From the NCBI GenBank assembly GCA_035631795.1, contig DASQIB010000027.1, positions 1,910 through 65,909 of the forward strand: a stretch of DNA of 64,000 nucleotides, read 5' to 3'. Below are positions 1-10,131 of the stretch, piece by piece; positions within the stretch are counted from its first letter, which is position 1; the number at the start of each line of letters is the position of its first letter. A model generated the notes under the pieces. It had not been told where the DNA came from. It was given only the letters and a program-made list of their open reading frames with translations, and did no database searches. The DNA comes from Gemmatimonadales bacterium. GTDB taxonomy: Bacteria > Gemmatimonadota > Gemmatimonadetes > Gemmatimonadales > GWC2-71-9. The translations under genes were made by a program, and so were the position numbers.

Positions 1-852
1 GTTTACCTCGGCGAGTCGGTGCTGGCGAACCTGCACCAGCTCACGGGCGCCGTCGCCGACCTGCTGCGGGCTTTCCCGTACGATTTCCTCTACGGCAACA
101 TCGCGGCCGACACCTCCCTCGCCAAGAAATACGCGCCCGTGGGCCGGCACTGTCACGCCTGGCACGTGGGCCAGGAGATCTTCGACCTCGCCCACACCGA
201 CCCACTTCGCGCGTTCGGGCTGGGGTACCTCTCTCATCTCGCCGCCGATGCCGTCGCCCACAATTTCTTCGTGCCACGGCAGCTCGTCCTCACGTCGAGC
301 ACCACGGCGCTCGGTCATAGCTACTGGGAGAGCCGCTTTGAGACGCACCTCGGGCCCGCGTACGCGACGACCGCCAAGGAGCTGATTCTCCAGGATCACG
401 CGGCGAGCGACACCCACCTCGACACGATCATCTCCCCCACCCTCTTCAGCGTCGGGACCAGCCGCCGCCTGTTCCGCGGCATGGTCCACCTGACGGAGAG
501 CGAGAGCTGGCGCTGGGCGTTTCAGATGATTCTCGAGAACACGCGGTGGGACTTGCCCGACGAGGACGTCGAGCGCCACATGGCGGTGGCGTTCGAGTAC
601 GTGATGGAGATGCTGGGGGAGAAGGACGCGGCGGCGCGGCGCCTCGACCCCGCGGGCGACCAGGCGCTGCGGCTCGCCAAACGGATGCGACGCGAGGCGC
701 TCCAGGAGGGTGGGCGCGAGGATCCCGAGCGCATGCTGGAAACGGCGGAGCACCACTTCGGCCTGCCGACCCCGCCCCTGGCGTACTGGCGCCAGTCGTC
801 CGCGCAGCGGCCCTGGCGGAATCGCAACGGGGCGGGTCGAGCGGCCCGTTAG
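1..852 (+). CDS. zinc-dependent phospholipase C-fold protein, 5' end outside window
   Basis: Frame is open from base 1, so the track start at 19 is an internal GTG. GC3-rich codons. The GYLSHLAADAVAHNFF His/Asp motif is typical of the Zn-dependent PLC-like family. Confidence 0.6.
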   Translation, partial: VYLGESVLANLHQLTGAVADLLRAFPYDFLYGNIAADTSLAKKYAPVGRHCHAWHVGQEIFDLAHTDPLRAFGLGYLSHLAADAVAHNFFVPRQLVLTSSTTALGHSYWESRFETHLGPAYATTAKELILQDHAASDTHLDTIISPTLFSVGTSRRLFRGMVHLTESESWRWAFQMILENTRWDLPDEDVERHMAVAFEYVMEMLGEKDAAARRLDPAGDQALRLAKRMRREALQEGGREDPERMLETAEHHFGLPTPPLAYWRQSSAQRPWRNRNGAGRAAR

Positions 853-2285
853 GCGGCGAGCTTTTCTTCCAGGACTTTCTGTACCAGCTTGGGATCGGCC
901 TTGCCGCGCGACACCTTCATCACCTGCCCGACGAAGAACTGCAGCAGCTTGACCTCACCACTCTTGTAACGCGTCACCTCCGTGGGGTTGGCCGCGAGCA
1001 CTTCGCTGACCCAGCCCGTCACGACGCCGGTATCCGCCACCTGTACGACCCCCAGCGCCTCGGCGACGTTGCGCGGCTCGCCGCCCCGCTCGGCGACCTC
1101 GGCGAACACCCGCTTCGCGGCCTGGTGGCTCAGCGTGCCGCCGTGCACCAGGCTGATCAGGTTGGCGAGCGCGCCCGGGGACACCCGCAACGCCTCGCCG
1201 TGCTCCTTGGCGTCGGCGAGCACTTCCGTCATCACCCAGTTCGCCGCGGTCTTCGACTCGGCACCCGCGTGCACCACCGCTTCGTAATAGTCCGCCACCG
1301 CTCGCTCCGCGGTGATCACGGCCGCGTCGGTCATGTTCAGCGCGTACTGGGCGACAAAGCGCTCACGCTTCTTGGCCGGGAGCTCCGGCAGGAGCGTCTG
1401 TTGCTCGGCGATGAACTCCTCGCTCAACACCAGCGGCGGCAGATCGGGATCCGGGAAGTAGCGATAGTCGTGACTCTCTTCCTTGCTCCGTTGCGGCCGG
1501 ACCGCGTTGGTCTTGGAGTCGTACAGCATGGTCTGCTGCGTGATGGTGCCCCCCGCCTCGAGGACCGCAATGTGGCGATCCCGCTCTACCGTGAGCGCTT
1601 TTTCCACGTACGCGAACGAGTTGATGTTCTTGACCTCGGTCTTGGTGCCGAGCGCCGATTGGCCGGCACGCCGGATCGAGAGATTCGCGTCCACGCGCAA
1701 ACTCCCCTTCTCCATGTCACAGTCCGAGACGCCAGCGTATTCGAGCACCTGCTTGAGCGTCTGGAGGTACGCTCGCGCTTCGTGGGGCGAGCGAAAGTCC
1801 GGCCCGGTCACGATTTCGACGAGCGGCACGCCGCAGCGGTTCAGGTCGATCGCGGTCTGCCGGGGAAAGCGGTCGTGCAGCGATTTCCCGGCGTCCTCTT
1901 CGATGTGCAGGCGCACGATCGTCGCAGCGACCACGCCCCGGTCGGGGGAGAGGTACGACAGGGCGCCGTTGGTCGAGAGCGGCTGCTCGAACTGGGAGAT
2001 CTGGTAGCCCTTCGGCAGGTCTGGATAGAAGTAGTTCTTGCGCGCGAAGAGGCTGCGCGGGTGCACGGTGCAGCTCAGGGCCAGCGCCGCGCGCACCGCG
2101 AGCTTGAGCGCCTGCTCGTTGGGCGCGGGAAGCGCCCCGGGCAACCCGAGGCAGAGCGGGCAGACATTGGTGTTGGGTGGCGCACCGAACGCCGCCGAGC
2201 AACTGCAGAACATCTTCGACGCCGTGCGCAGCTGCACGTGCGTCTCGAGGCCGATGACGGTCTCCCAAGGTCCGCCGTGGGGCAC
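849..2285 (-). CDS. gatB: Asp/Glu-tRNA(Asn/Gln) amidotransferase subunit B
   Basis: 478 aa with VIGLETHVQL, the CSC...CPLCLGLPGALP motif and a GatB/YqeY-type C-terminal tail. GTG start overlaps the gatA stop. Confidence 0.95.
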   Translation of the reverse strand: MPHGGPWETVIGLETHVQLRTASKMFCSCSAAFGAPPNTNVCPLCLGLPGALPAPNEQALKLAVRAALALSCTVHPRSLFARKNYFYPDLPKGYQISQFEQPLSTNGALSYLSPDRGVVAATIVRLHIEEDAGKSLHDRFPRQTAIDLNRCGVPLVEIVTGPDFRSPHEARAYLQTLKQVLEYAGVSDCDMEKGSLRVDANLSIRRAGQSALGTKTEVKNINSFAYVEKALTVERDRHIAVLEAGGTITQQTMLYDSKTNAVRPQRSKEESHDYRYFPDPDLPPLVLSEEFIAEQQTLLPELPAKKRERFVAQYALNMTDAAVITAERAVADYYEAVVHAGAESKTAANWVMTEVLADAKEHGEALRVSPGALANLISLVHGGTLSHQAAKRVFAEVAERGGEPRNVAEALGVVQVADTGVVTGWVSEVLAANPTEVTRYKSGEVKLLQFFVGQVMKVSRGKADPKLVQKVLEEKLAA

Positions 2286-3673
2286 TAGGCCTCCTCCATG
2301 GCCGGCACGACGCGCTCGAGCGCGTACGCCGCCTCGAGCATCTCATCCTCGAGAAAGGCCTGGCCGACGATCTGTCCGCCGAGCGGCAGGCCTTTGACGC
2401 GTCCGATGGGAATGGAGATCGCCGGGAGCCCGGCGAGGTTCGCCGTCACCGTGAAGATATCCGAGAGATACATCGCCACCGGGTCCTCGAGCTTCTCGCC
2501 GGCCTTGAACGCCGGCGTGGGCGTAGTCGGTGTGAACAACAGATCCACGCCGCGGTCGAACACGTTCCGGAAATCCTGCGCGATCAGCGCGCGCATCTGT
2601 TGCGCCTTGCGATAGTAGGCGTCGTAATAGCCCGAGGACAAGACGTAGGTACCGAGCATGACCCGGCGGCGCACTTCGGCGCCAAACCCCTCCCCGCGCG
2701 TCGTGCGGTACAGCGCGCGCACGTCCTCCGAGCCGTTGAACCGCGGGCCGTAGCGGGCGCCGTCGTAGCGGGCCAGGTTGGACGACGCCTCGGCCGGGGC
2801 GACGATGTAGTAGGTGGCGACGGCGTACGCCGTGTGCGGCAGCGACACCTCGCGCACCGCGGCGCCGAGCTCCTTCAACAGGCGAATGGCGCGGTCGCAG
2901 GCCCGGCGCACCGCGGGGTCCAGGTCGGCTGGGAAGTACTCTTTCGGGATGCCGATCACGAAGCCCTGCAGCGATTCGGGGACGTTGGGCAACCGCAGTG
3001 AATCGCGGTCTTCGCACGTGGAGTCGCGGGGGTCGCGCCCGCTGATCACGGAGAGCACGCGCGCCGCATCGTGGACGCTGCGCCCGAGCACGCCGATCTG
3101 ATCGAGGGACGACCCGAACGCCACGAGACCGTAGCGGCTCACCCGCCCGTACGTCGGCTTGATGCCGACCACCCCGCACAGCGACGCGGGCTGGCGCACG
3201 GAGCCACCGGTCTCCGAGCCGAGGGCGGCGGGGACGGCTCCGGCGGCGACCAAGGCGGCGGAGCCACCCGACGAGCCGCCCGGCACGCGCGTCTTGTCGA
3301 ACGGATGGAGCGAGCGGCCGTACGCGGAGTGCTCCGTGGACGAGCCCATGCCGAACTCGTCGCAATTCGTCTTGCCGGCGATCAAGGCCCCCGCCGCCTT
3401 GAGTTTCGCGCAGGCGGTCGCTTCATACGGGGAATGGTACCCGCCGAGAATCTTCGAGCCGCAGCTCGTGGTGAATTCGAGCGTGCAGATGTTGTCCTTC
3501 ACCGCCACGGGCATGCCGTAGAGCACGCCCGAGGGATGCGCGGTCTGCGCCTGCGCGACGAGGGACTTGCGAAGCTCCTTGATCGGTGTCAGGCAGGCAT
3601 TCAGCCGTTTGGCTTTGGAGATGCGGTCGGCCGCCGCCTTGGCGCTCGCGAGCGCTTCGCTCGGATCGCTCAC
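2285..3673 (-). CDS. gatA: Glu-tRNA(Gln) amidotransferase subunit A
   Basis: 462 aa with amidase signature GGSSGGSAALVAAG. GTGA overlap with the gatC stop. Confidence 0.95.
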   Translation of the reverse strand: MSDPSEALASAKAAADRISKAKRLNACLTPIKELRKSLVAQAQTAHPSGVLYGMPVAVKDNICTLEFTTSCGSKILGGYHSPYEATACAKLKAAGALIAGKTNCDEFGMGSSTEHSAYGRSLHPFDKTRVPGGSSGGSAALVAAGAVPAALGSETGGSVRQPASLCGVVGIKPTYGRVSRYGLVAFGSSLDQIGVLGRSVHDAARVLSVISGRDPRDSTCEDRDSLRLPNVPESLQGFVIGIPKEYFPADLDPAVRRACDRAIRLLKELGAAVREVSLPHTAYAVATYYIVAPAEASSNLARYDGARYGPRFNGSEDVRALYRTTRGEGFGAEVRRRVMLGTYVLSSGYYDAYYRKAQQMRALIAQDFRNVFDRGVDLLFTPTTPTPAFKAGEKLEDPVAMYLSDIFTVTANLAGLPAISIPIGRVKGLPLGGQIVGQAFLEDEMLEAAYALERVVPAMEEA

Positions 3674-3975
3674 AGCTCGGGCTCCTCGAACGCCCCGAGC
3701 TTGGGCACGAGGAAAAACCCGTCCTTGAAGGCGGGGGCGAGCTCGGGCGGTCCGAAAGCGAGCCCGCTGGGTTTCACTTCGTCCGGGCGGAACCGCACCG
3801 CATCCGGTCCCGGGATGAACGGCTTGACGCCCTCACTCGCCGGAACGGCGTTGATCTGCGCGACGTACTCGAGAATACGCGACATCTGCTCGGCCAGCGC
3901 CGGCAGCGCTTCCTCGGCGACGTCGAGCTCCGCGAGCCGCGCGATCTTGCGCACTTCGTCATGCGTGACGCTCAT
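3670..3975 (-). CDS. gatC: Asp/Glu-tRNA amidotransferase subunit C
   Basis: Track ORF 3670..4500 trimmed to the ATG at 3975 (MSVTHDEVRKIARLAELDV...). The resulting 101 aa is typical GatC size. The upstream part of the ORF is Arg/Gly-rich and overlaps the helicase. ATGA overlap with the helicase stop. Confidence 0.85.
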   Translation of the reverse strand: MSVTHDEVRKIARLAELDVAEEALPALAEQMSRILEYVAQINAVPASEGVKPFIPGPDAVRFRPDEVKPSGLAFGPPELAPAFKDGFFLVPKLGAFEEPEL

Positions 3976-6236
3976 GCACTCTCCCACTCCCGCTCGAGTC
4001 CGGCATAGGCCACGAGCAGCTGTTTCGTCCCGATGTCCTGATCGTCGAATTCCACCGTCACCTTGAGCTCGCGTCCCGAGCCCGCCACCGCCCGCACCAC
4101 ACCGCCGCCGAACTTCCGATGCCGCACGCGCTCGCCGGCCACGTACCGGGGCGCGTCCTGCGACACCTCCACCTCCCAATCGAGCTCGACGGGCGCCGGC
4201 CGGCGCGAACGCCGACCCGGCTCGTCGCGTGACGCACGGTCGCCCCCCCATTGGGGTGTCGTGCTCCGCTCTTCCAGCACGCCCGCCGGCACGGCGTCGA
4301 GAAAGCGCGAGGCCGCCGACAGCTCGAGGCGGCCGTTGCGGTACCGCGTCCGCGCCCATGAGAGATACAATTTTTCGCGGGCGCGCGTGAGACCCACGTA
4401 GCAGAGTCGACGTTCCTCTTCGAGCCCCCCGGGCTCGCCCGCCGTCCGTGCCAACGGGAATAACCCGTCCTCCAGCCCGGCGAGGGCGACCACCGGCCAC
4501 TCGAGCCCTTTGGCCATGTGCACGGTCATGAGCGTGACGCCCGTGGGATCACCGCTCCCCTGGTCCGCCGAGGTGACGAGCGCCGCCTGGGTGAGGTAGC
4601 GCTCGATGAGAGTTGCACCAGGCGCCCTTTCCCCTGCCCCGGCTTCACCACCGGCCTCTTCCCCGGTTTCGTCCGCCGTTTCCGCCCACGCGGCCGCTCC
4701 AGCGATGAGTTCCTGCACGTTCTCGAGCCGCTCGATGCCCTCGGCGCCCTCGTCCAAGAGATACGGTTCGTACCCCACCGCCTCGATCGTCCGCTCGAGC
4801 GCCGTCGCCGGGTCCGATTGCGCGTGCCGGGCCCGGAGGTCGTCGATCAATCGCGCCACGGCGGCGAACGCGTCCCGCACGTTGGGCCGCAGGTCGGGGA
4901 TGCGGTCCGCCGCGCGGGCGGCCTCGAGCAGGGGCTGGCGCCACTGGCCCGCGGCACGGGCCAGCGACGCAAAGGAGGTGTCCCCGATCCCCCGGCGCGG
5001 CACGTTAACGATCCGCGCGAATGCCGCGTCGTCCGCGGGATTGGCGATGAGCCGCAGGTAGGCGAGTACATCCTTCACTTCCCGACGCTCGTAGAAGCTC
5101 ACGGCCCCCACCAGCCGATAGGGAATCCCCCGGAAGCGGAAGGCCTCTTCGAGCGGGCGCGACTGCGCATTGGTCCGGTAGAGGATGGCCATCCCTTCAT
5201 ACGGAACGTCACCGCCACCGACGCTCGCGCGTCGGGTCAGCTCTCCCGCGAGCCATTCCGCCTCATCGCGCTCATCGGCCGACGTGAGCAGCGTGACCGG
5301 CTCGCCGCCCTGCTTGGCGGTGAAGAGCGTCTTGCCCAGCCGGCTCGTGTTTTCGGCGATGACGCCGTTGGCGGCGTCCAGGATCACCTGGGTAGACCGA
5401 TAGTTCTGCTCGAGCTTGATGAGCGCCGCGCCCGGGAAGTCCTGCTGGAACGAGAGCATGTGCCGGACGTCCGCGCCGCGCCACCCATAGATCGCCTGAT
5501 CGTCGTCGCCCACGACACAAAGATTCCGGTGCTCCGCGGCCAGCTGCTTCACTAGTCGGTACTGGGCGGCGTTGGTGTCCTGGAACTCGTCCACCAGCAC
5601 GTGATCGAAGCGGCGCTGCCAGTACGCCAGGCGCTCCGGGTGCCCGGCGAACAGGTTCAGTGGGAACAACAGCAGGTCATCGAAGTCCATGGCGTTCGCC
5701 TGGCGCAGCGCCGGGCCGAGGGCCGCGTAGATCTCCGCCGCGAGACGCTCGAGCGGGCTTTCCGCGTTGGCCCCGAGCTCCTCCGGGAGCAGCATCCGAT
5801 TCTTGGCCCCGGAGATGATCCCGTGGATCACGCGTGGTGGGTTCGCTTTGGGAGAATGCCCGCGCTGCTCCAGCATGCGCTTGATGAAGGACTCGGAGTC
5901 GTCCTGGTCGTAGATCGTGAAATTGGAGCCGAAGCCCAGGAGCGGGGCTTCGCGCCGCAGCAGCCGGGCCGACAGCGCGTGAAACGTGCCGATCCACAGG
6001 CCACGGGGGTCGGCGCCCAGCAGCGAAGCCACGCGGGCCCGCATCTCGCCCGCGGCTTTGTTGGTGAACGTGACCGCGAAAATGCGCCACGGAGCCACGC
6101 CCCGCTCGCGTATCAGATGCGCGATGCGGGTGGTGAGCACGCGCGTCTTCCCGGAGCCCGCACCGGCGAGTACGAGCAGGGGTCCGCCCGTGTGGCGGAC
6201 GGCGCCTTCTTGCTGAGGGTTGAGGGCGACGGTCAC
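3972..6236 (-). CDS. pcrA: ATP-dependent DNA helicase, UvrD/PcrA family (SF1)
   Basis: 754 aa with Walker A GAGSGKTRVL, DEFQDTN, and UvrD/Rep/PcrA motifs throughout. Confidence 0.9.
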   Translation of the reverse strand: MTVALNPQQEGAVRHTGGPLLVLAGAGSGKTRVLTTRIAHLIRERGVAPWRIFAVTFTNKAAGEMRARVASLLGADPRGLWIGTFHALSARLLRREAPLLGFGSNFTIYDQDDSESFIKRMLEQRGHSPKANPPRVIHGIISGAKNRMLLPEELGANAESPLERLAAEIYAALGPALRQANAMDFDDLLLFPLNLFAGHPERLAYWQRRFDHVLVDEFQDTNAAQYRLVKQLAAEHRNLCVVGDDDQAIYGWRGADVRHMLSFQQDFPGAALIKLEQNYRSTQVILDAANGVIAENTSRLGKTLFTAKQGGEPVTLLTSADERDEAEWLAGELTRRASVGGGDVPYEGMAILYRTNAQSRPLEEAFRFRGIPYRLVGAVSFYERREVKDVLAYLRLIANPADDAAFARIVNVPRRGIGDTSFASLARAAGQWRQPLLEAARAADRIPDLRPNVRDAFAAVARLIDDLRARHAQSDPATALERTIEAVGYEPYLLDEGAEGIERLENVQELIAGAAAWAETADETGEEAGGEAGAGERAPGATLIERYLTQAALVTSADQGSGDPTGVTLMTVHMAKGLEWPVVALAGLEDGLFPLARTAGEPGGLEEERRLCYVGLTRAREKLYLSWARTRYRNGRLELSAASRFLDAVPAGVLEERSTTPQWGGDRASRDEPGRRSRRPAPVELDWEVEVSQDAPRYVAGERVRHRKFGGGVVRAVAGSGRELKVTVEFDDQDIGTKQLLVAYAGLEREWESA

Positions 6237-6238
6237 AT

Positions 6239-7405
6239 TCAGCTGGCGGCGACCAGAGGGAACTCCAGGACGAACTCGGCGCCTTCCGCGCCGCTACCCG
6301 CCGCGCCCGGCGCGGGCCGGTAGACCAGGCGGCCGCCATGCTGCTGCTCGACGATGCGTCGCGCCAGCGCCAGTCCGATGCCCCAGCCCCCCGGCTTGGT
6401 CGATACGCCGGGCTCGAACAGCTGGGGCCGCACGTCGAGGGGCACGCCCGGGCCATCGTCGCGCACGCTGACGCGCGCCGTGCGTCCCCCCCCCGCCGCG
6501 TCGACGGTCACATCGATCCGCCCGCCCCGTCCGGACAGCGCATCGATGGCGTTCTTGATCACCGCTTCGAGAGCCCACTCGAGTAGCACGGGATCACCGA
6601 GCGCCGTCGGTCCCGGCCCCGTGGCGCGGAGCGACAGGGTCACGGGGCTCGCCAGCGTGGGGAGGCGAGGCCGGAAATAGCTCACGACGCGCTCCGCCAG
6701 CGCACCGAGTCCCACCGGCTCACGACGCGCCGGCCGGCCGATGCGCTCGAACCGCTTGGCCACACGCTCGAGGCGTTCCGCATCGGCCTGAAGGTGATCC
6801 GCGAGCTCGACGCCCGTGGTACCCGGATTTTCCCGCAGGTAGGCAATCCATCCCGTGAGGCTCATGAGCGGCGTGCCGAGCTGATGCGCCGATTCCCGCG
6901 CCATGGCGACCCACAACCGGTCGCGTGCCGCGGCGACCTGCGAGCGGTACGCCCACGCGGCGAGCAGGGCCAGACAGAGGAGGACGGCCCCCTCGAGGGC
7001 GGCGATGCCCGCGAAGCGGCGGGCGGCGGGGCCGGCGCCATAATGAATGGTCCCTACCCCCGGCTGCACGAGCGGCGCGTTCTCCAGATCCAGGTCCGCG
7101 ATCCAGGCGCGCAGGCGGGCGGTGTCCCGGCCGATGCTCACCGGCGCGTTGTCGAGCGCCGTGATGTGGCCGGCCGTGTCGGTCACGACGATGGCGATCC
7201 CGAGCGAGCGCACCTGACGCGCCAGATCGAGGAGGGCATCGGTGGCGGCGTCCGGGCCGGGATCGTTGAGCCCCGCGAACACGCGGCCGAGCAGGATGCT
7301 CGTCTGGCGCGCGTCCTCGCGCAGGTGGCGCGCCACGACCCACGCGTAGCCCACCGTGATCCCGCCGAGGAGCAAGGCCAATCCCACGACGGCCGGGGGC
7401 CCCAT
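6239..7405 (-). CDS. sensor histidine kinase (orphan)
   Basis: Track ORF trimmed to the ATG at 7405 (MGPPAVVGLALLLGG...) because the upstream part overlaps serS. Two TM segments, H-box ESAHQLGTPLMSL, and HATPase_c G-boxes DDGPGV and GWGIGLALA. Confidence 0.8.
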   Translation of the reverse strand: MGPPAVVGLALLLGGITVGYAWVVARHLREDARQTSILLGRVFAGLNDPGPDAATDALLDLARQVRSLGIAIVVTDTAGHITALDNAPVSIGRDTARLRAWIADLDLENAPLVQPGVGTIHYGAGPAARRFAGIAALEGAVLLCLALLAAWAYRSQVAAARDRLWVAMARESAHQLGTPLMSLTGWIAYLRENPGTTGVELADHLQADAERLERVAKRFERIGRPARREPVGLGALAERVVSYFRPRLPTLASPVTLSLRATGPGPTALGDPVLLEWALEAVIKNAIDALSGRGGRIDVTVDAAGGGRTARVSVRDDGPGVPLDVRPQLFEPGVSTKPGGWGIGLALARRIVEQQHGGRLVYRPAPGAAGSGAEGAEFVLEFPLVAAS

Positions 7406-7421
7406 GCGGCGGAGCGCGGCG

Positions 7422-8711
7422 CTACGCGGCACCGGAGGAGGGCGCGAGCCGCTCCGTTCCCACGAAGGGGACGAGGGCGCGCGGTAACGACACGGACCCA
7501 TCCGCCTGCTGGTGCGTCTCGAGCAGCGCGGCGATCGTGCGCGGCAACGCCACACCCGAGGCGTTCAGGGTGTGGACCAGCTCGGGCTTGGCCCCGGGAG
7601 CCGATCGGAAGCGGATGCGCGCCCGGCGCGCCTGAAAGTCGGTGAACGTGCTCGAGCTCGACACTTCGAGCCATTGGGCCACGCCCGGAGCCCAGACCTC
7701 GAGGTCGTACGTCTTCGCGCTCGCAAAGCCCAGGTCGCCCGCCGCCAACAGGACGACGCGATAGGGCAGCTCGAGTCGCTGCAGGACGGCTTCCGCGTGG
7801 GCCGTCATGCGCTCGTGCTCGGCGGCCGACTCGGCCGGGCGGGCGAAGCGGACGAGCTCCACCTTGTCGAACTGATGTACGCGGAGAAGACCGCGCGTCT
7901 CCTTGCCCGCGGCGCCCGCCTCGCGCCGGAAACACGGCGTGTAGGCCGTGTAGCCGAGCGGGAGCTTCGCGCCGTCGAGGATCTCATCGCGGTGCAGGTT
8001 GGTGACCGGGACCTCAGCCGTGGGGACGAGAAAGAGGTCGTCGGGCTCGGTCCTGTAGGCGTCGTCCTCGAACTTCGGCACCTGCCCCGTGCCCTCCATC
8101 GTGTCCCGCTTCACCAAGAACGGGGGCTCCACCTCGACGTAGGCGTGCTCCCGCGTGTGCACGTCGAGCATGAAGTTCACGAGACCTCGCGCGAGCCTGG
8201 CGCCCGCGCCCACAAATACGGGAAACCCGGAGCCCGCCACCTTCGCCCCGCGCTCCAGGTCGAGGATACCGAGCGCCGCGCCGATCTCCCAATGCGGCTT
8301 CCCGCCCTTCGGGGCGGGCTCGCCCCACGAGCGCACGATCGTATTGTGCGACGCGTCCCCCTCGGGGACCTCGGCCAGCGGCAGGTTCGGCACGAACAGG
8401 GACTTGCGCTCGACCTCGGCCTCGACCGCGCGCAACTCCTTCTCCTGCTCTTCGATCTTCGTGCTATGTGCCTTTCGCTCCCTCACCACGTTCGGGGGCA
8501 GGCTCCCGTGCTGCTTGACGTGCTGCGCGTCCGCCTTGGCCGATTCGTTGCGCGCGGCGTTCAGGCTGTCGAGCACGGCCGTCAATCCCCGCCGCTTCAT
8601 GTCGAGCGCTTCGAGCTCATCGAGTTGGCGCTTCAAGGCGGGGTCACCCCGCCGGGCGAGCGCGGCGCGCACCTGCTGGGGCGAGGCGCGAAGCAACTTG
8701 AGATCGATCAC
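7422..8711 (-). CDS. serS: seryl-tRNA synthetase
   Basis: 429 aa with an N-terminal coiled-coil arm and class II aaRS core (FRREAGAAGKETRGLLRVHQFDKVE). GTG start. Confidence 0.95.
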   Translation of the reverse strand: MIDLKLLRASPQQVRAALARRGDPALKRQLDELEALDMKRRGLTAVLDSLNAARNESAKADAQHVKQHGSLPPNVVRERKAHSTKIEEQEKELRAVEAEVERKSLFVPNLPLAEVPEGDASHNTIVRSWGEPAPKGGKPHWEIGAALGILDLERGAKVAGSGFPVFVGAGARLARGLVNFMLDVHTREHAYVEVEPPFLVKRDTMEGTGQVPKFEDDAYRTEPDDLFLVPTAEVPVTNLHRDEILDGAKLPLGYTAYTPCFRREAGAAGKETRGLLRVHQFDKVELVRFARPAESAAEHERMTAHAEAVLQRLELPYRVVLLAAGDLGFASAKTYDLEVWAPGVAQWLEVSSSSTFTDFQARRARIRFRSAPGAKPELVHTLNASGVALPRTIAALLETHQQADGSVSLPRALVPFVGTERLAPSSGAA

Positions 8712-8714
8712 GTG

Positions 8715-9284
8715 CTACTGGGTGGGGTTGCCGGGCTGGAGGCCGCGGTAGCCGCAATTCTGATCGACGAGAATCTCCATGTCCAACCGCCGCGCGGTCG
8801 TGTCCACGGCGAGGACGCGCAGCTTGGCATACAGCGATACCGTTGCGCCGAAGGAGCACGTGAGGGGACGCGAGCGGATGAGCACCACCATCCCCGTGTC
8901 GTTGACGGCCAGCGGCTTGTCGAAAACGTAGGGCGACGTCGGCGCGAGCGTGATCGCGTCGAACGCCGTCGTGACGTGCTCCAAGCCGGAGAGCTGGCCC
9001 AGGTTCAACGTGCCGAGCGGGAAAAGCGCGGGCTCGCCGATGGAGTCGAAATCGAACGCGAAGTCGAACCCCGTGGTCTGGTCCGTGCGTACTTGTGCGG
9101 CGCCACTCAACGTGTACGCGGACGGCAGGGTGATGTCGGTGCCCCGAAGCGCCCAGAGCGACACGGTGTCCACGACGTTCGGGAAGAGCGGCGCGGGCAA
9201 CCCGGTTGCATTGCTGCAGCCGCCGGCGAGCAAGGCGACCGCGGGAATGGCGGCAAGCGCGACCAACGAGTGGCGGGAGGGCAT
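8715..9284 (-). CDS. lipoprotein, unknown function
   Basis: Track ORF trimmed to the ATG at 9284 (MPSRHSLVALAAIPAVALLAGGCS). Signal peptide with lipobox LAGGC. GC3-rich. Confidence 0.6.
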   Translation of the reverse strand: MPSRHSLVALAAIPAVALLAGGCSNATGLPAPLFPNVVDTVSLWALRGTDITLPSAYTLSGAAQVRTDQTTGFDFAFDFDSIGEPALFPLGTLNLGQLSGLEHVTTAFDAITLAPTSPYVFDKPLAVNDTGMVVLIRSRPLTCSFGATVSLYAKLRVLAVDTTARRLDMEILVDQNCGYRGLQPGNPTQ

Positions 9285-9339
9285 TCTGTGCGGGGAAGAT
9301 ACCGCGCTCCGTCCAAGTGGGTCAACCCACGGTGGCTGC

Positions 9340-9368
9340 TTGACTTCGCTACTCTCGATTCCTAGCTT
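9340..9368 (+). promoter_or_regulatory. sigma-70-like promoter (TTGACT-17 nt-TAGCTT) 9 nt upstream of the Roadblock gene ATG
   Basis: TTGACT at 9340-9345, 17-nt spacer, TAGCTT at 9363-9368, ATG at 9378. No Shine-Dalgarno in between, which implies a leaderless or near-leaderless mRNA. Confidence 0.4.
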
Positions 9369-9377
9369 GGCCGCCGT

Positions 9378-9731
9378 ATGGCGACGATCCGGGAAGTGGT
9401 CGAGGCGTTGAGCCGCCGCAGCGGCGTCGACGCCGTCATGGTGGTGGGTCGCGACGGGCTTCCGATCGATTCCCGCACGGCTAACGGCGTCGACGCCGAC
9501 AACGTGGCCGCGCTCCTCCCCTCGGTCATCAACGGAATCGCGCAGCTCGGTGAGGCAGGCGGCCGCGGCGAGTTCGGCACCGCGGTGCTCGAGTTCGGAT
9601 CCGGGCTCGCGGTGGTCACCGTCCTGCACGCCGATGCGCAGCTGGTAGTCCTAGTGCGGCCGTCCACGAACGTGGGCGCACTGCTCTACGACCTGCGCCG
9701 TCACCGCTCGGCGATCGCCGGCCTGCTCTGA
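9378..9731 (+). CDS. Roadblock/LC7 (MglB-like) domain protein
   Basis: 117 aa. Pattern GVDAVMVVGRDGLPIDS...AALLPSV...AVLEFGSGLAVVTVL...LVVLVRP matches the Roadblock/LC7 fold family. Confidence 0.7.
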   Translation: MATIREVVEALSRRSGVDAVMVVGRDGLPIDSRTANGVDADNVAALLPSVINGIAQLGEAGGRGEFGTAVLEFGSGLAVVTVLHADAQLVVLVRPSTNVGALLYDLRRHRSAIAGLL

Positions 9732-9744
9732 CCGGGCACGGTCC

Positions 9745-10131
9745 TTGTCGCCCGGCCGGCGGCACCTCCTTGTGGTGGACGACGAGCCGCACATCGGCTT
9801 GCTGTTACGCCCGCACCTCGAGCGGCTCGGATACGCGGTGAGTCTCGCCCGCACCCTCGCCGAGGCGCGCGCCGCTTTCGACGATCACGCCGCCGCGCCC
9901 TTGGACGCGATGCTCCTCGATCTCCACCTGCCTGATGGATCCGGTCTCGAGCTGTTGCGCGAGCTGCGTGCCCGCACGGCCACCCGTGCCTTTCCGGTCA
10001 TCGTGCTGACCGCGGAAGGTGAAGAGCGCGTGCTGCAGGAGGCGGAAGAGCTGGGCGCGGGCCTCCTGACCAAGCCGTTCAGCCCGAGCAAGCTCACGGC
10101 GCGGATCGCGACGCTCCTGGGCGACGCATGA
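9745..10131 (+). CDS. single-domain response regulator (receiver only)
   Basis: 128 aa with LLVVDDEPH, phospho-acceptor context MLLDLHLPDGSG, and TKPF. TTG start. ATGA overlap with the next gene. Confidence 0.8.
   Translation: MSPGRRHLLVVDDEPHIGLLLRPHLERLGYAVSLARTLAEARAAFDDHAAAPLDAMLLDLHLPDGSGLELLRELRARTATRAFPVIVLTAEGEERVLQEAEELGAGLLTKPFSPSKLTARIATLLGDA

Noticed and set aside
546-2288. 580-aa plus-strand ORF antisense to gatB
   Set aside because: It lies opposite a clearly homologous gene. Its composition is Arg/Gly/Pro/His-rich and of low complexity. This is a typical stop-free shadow frame in high-GC DNA.
7512-9365. 617-aa plus-strand ORF antisense to serS and the lipoprotein gene
   Set aside because: It is a shadow ORF of serS. 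It has no recognisable motifs and an Arg-rich composition.
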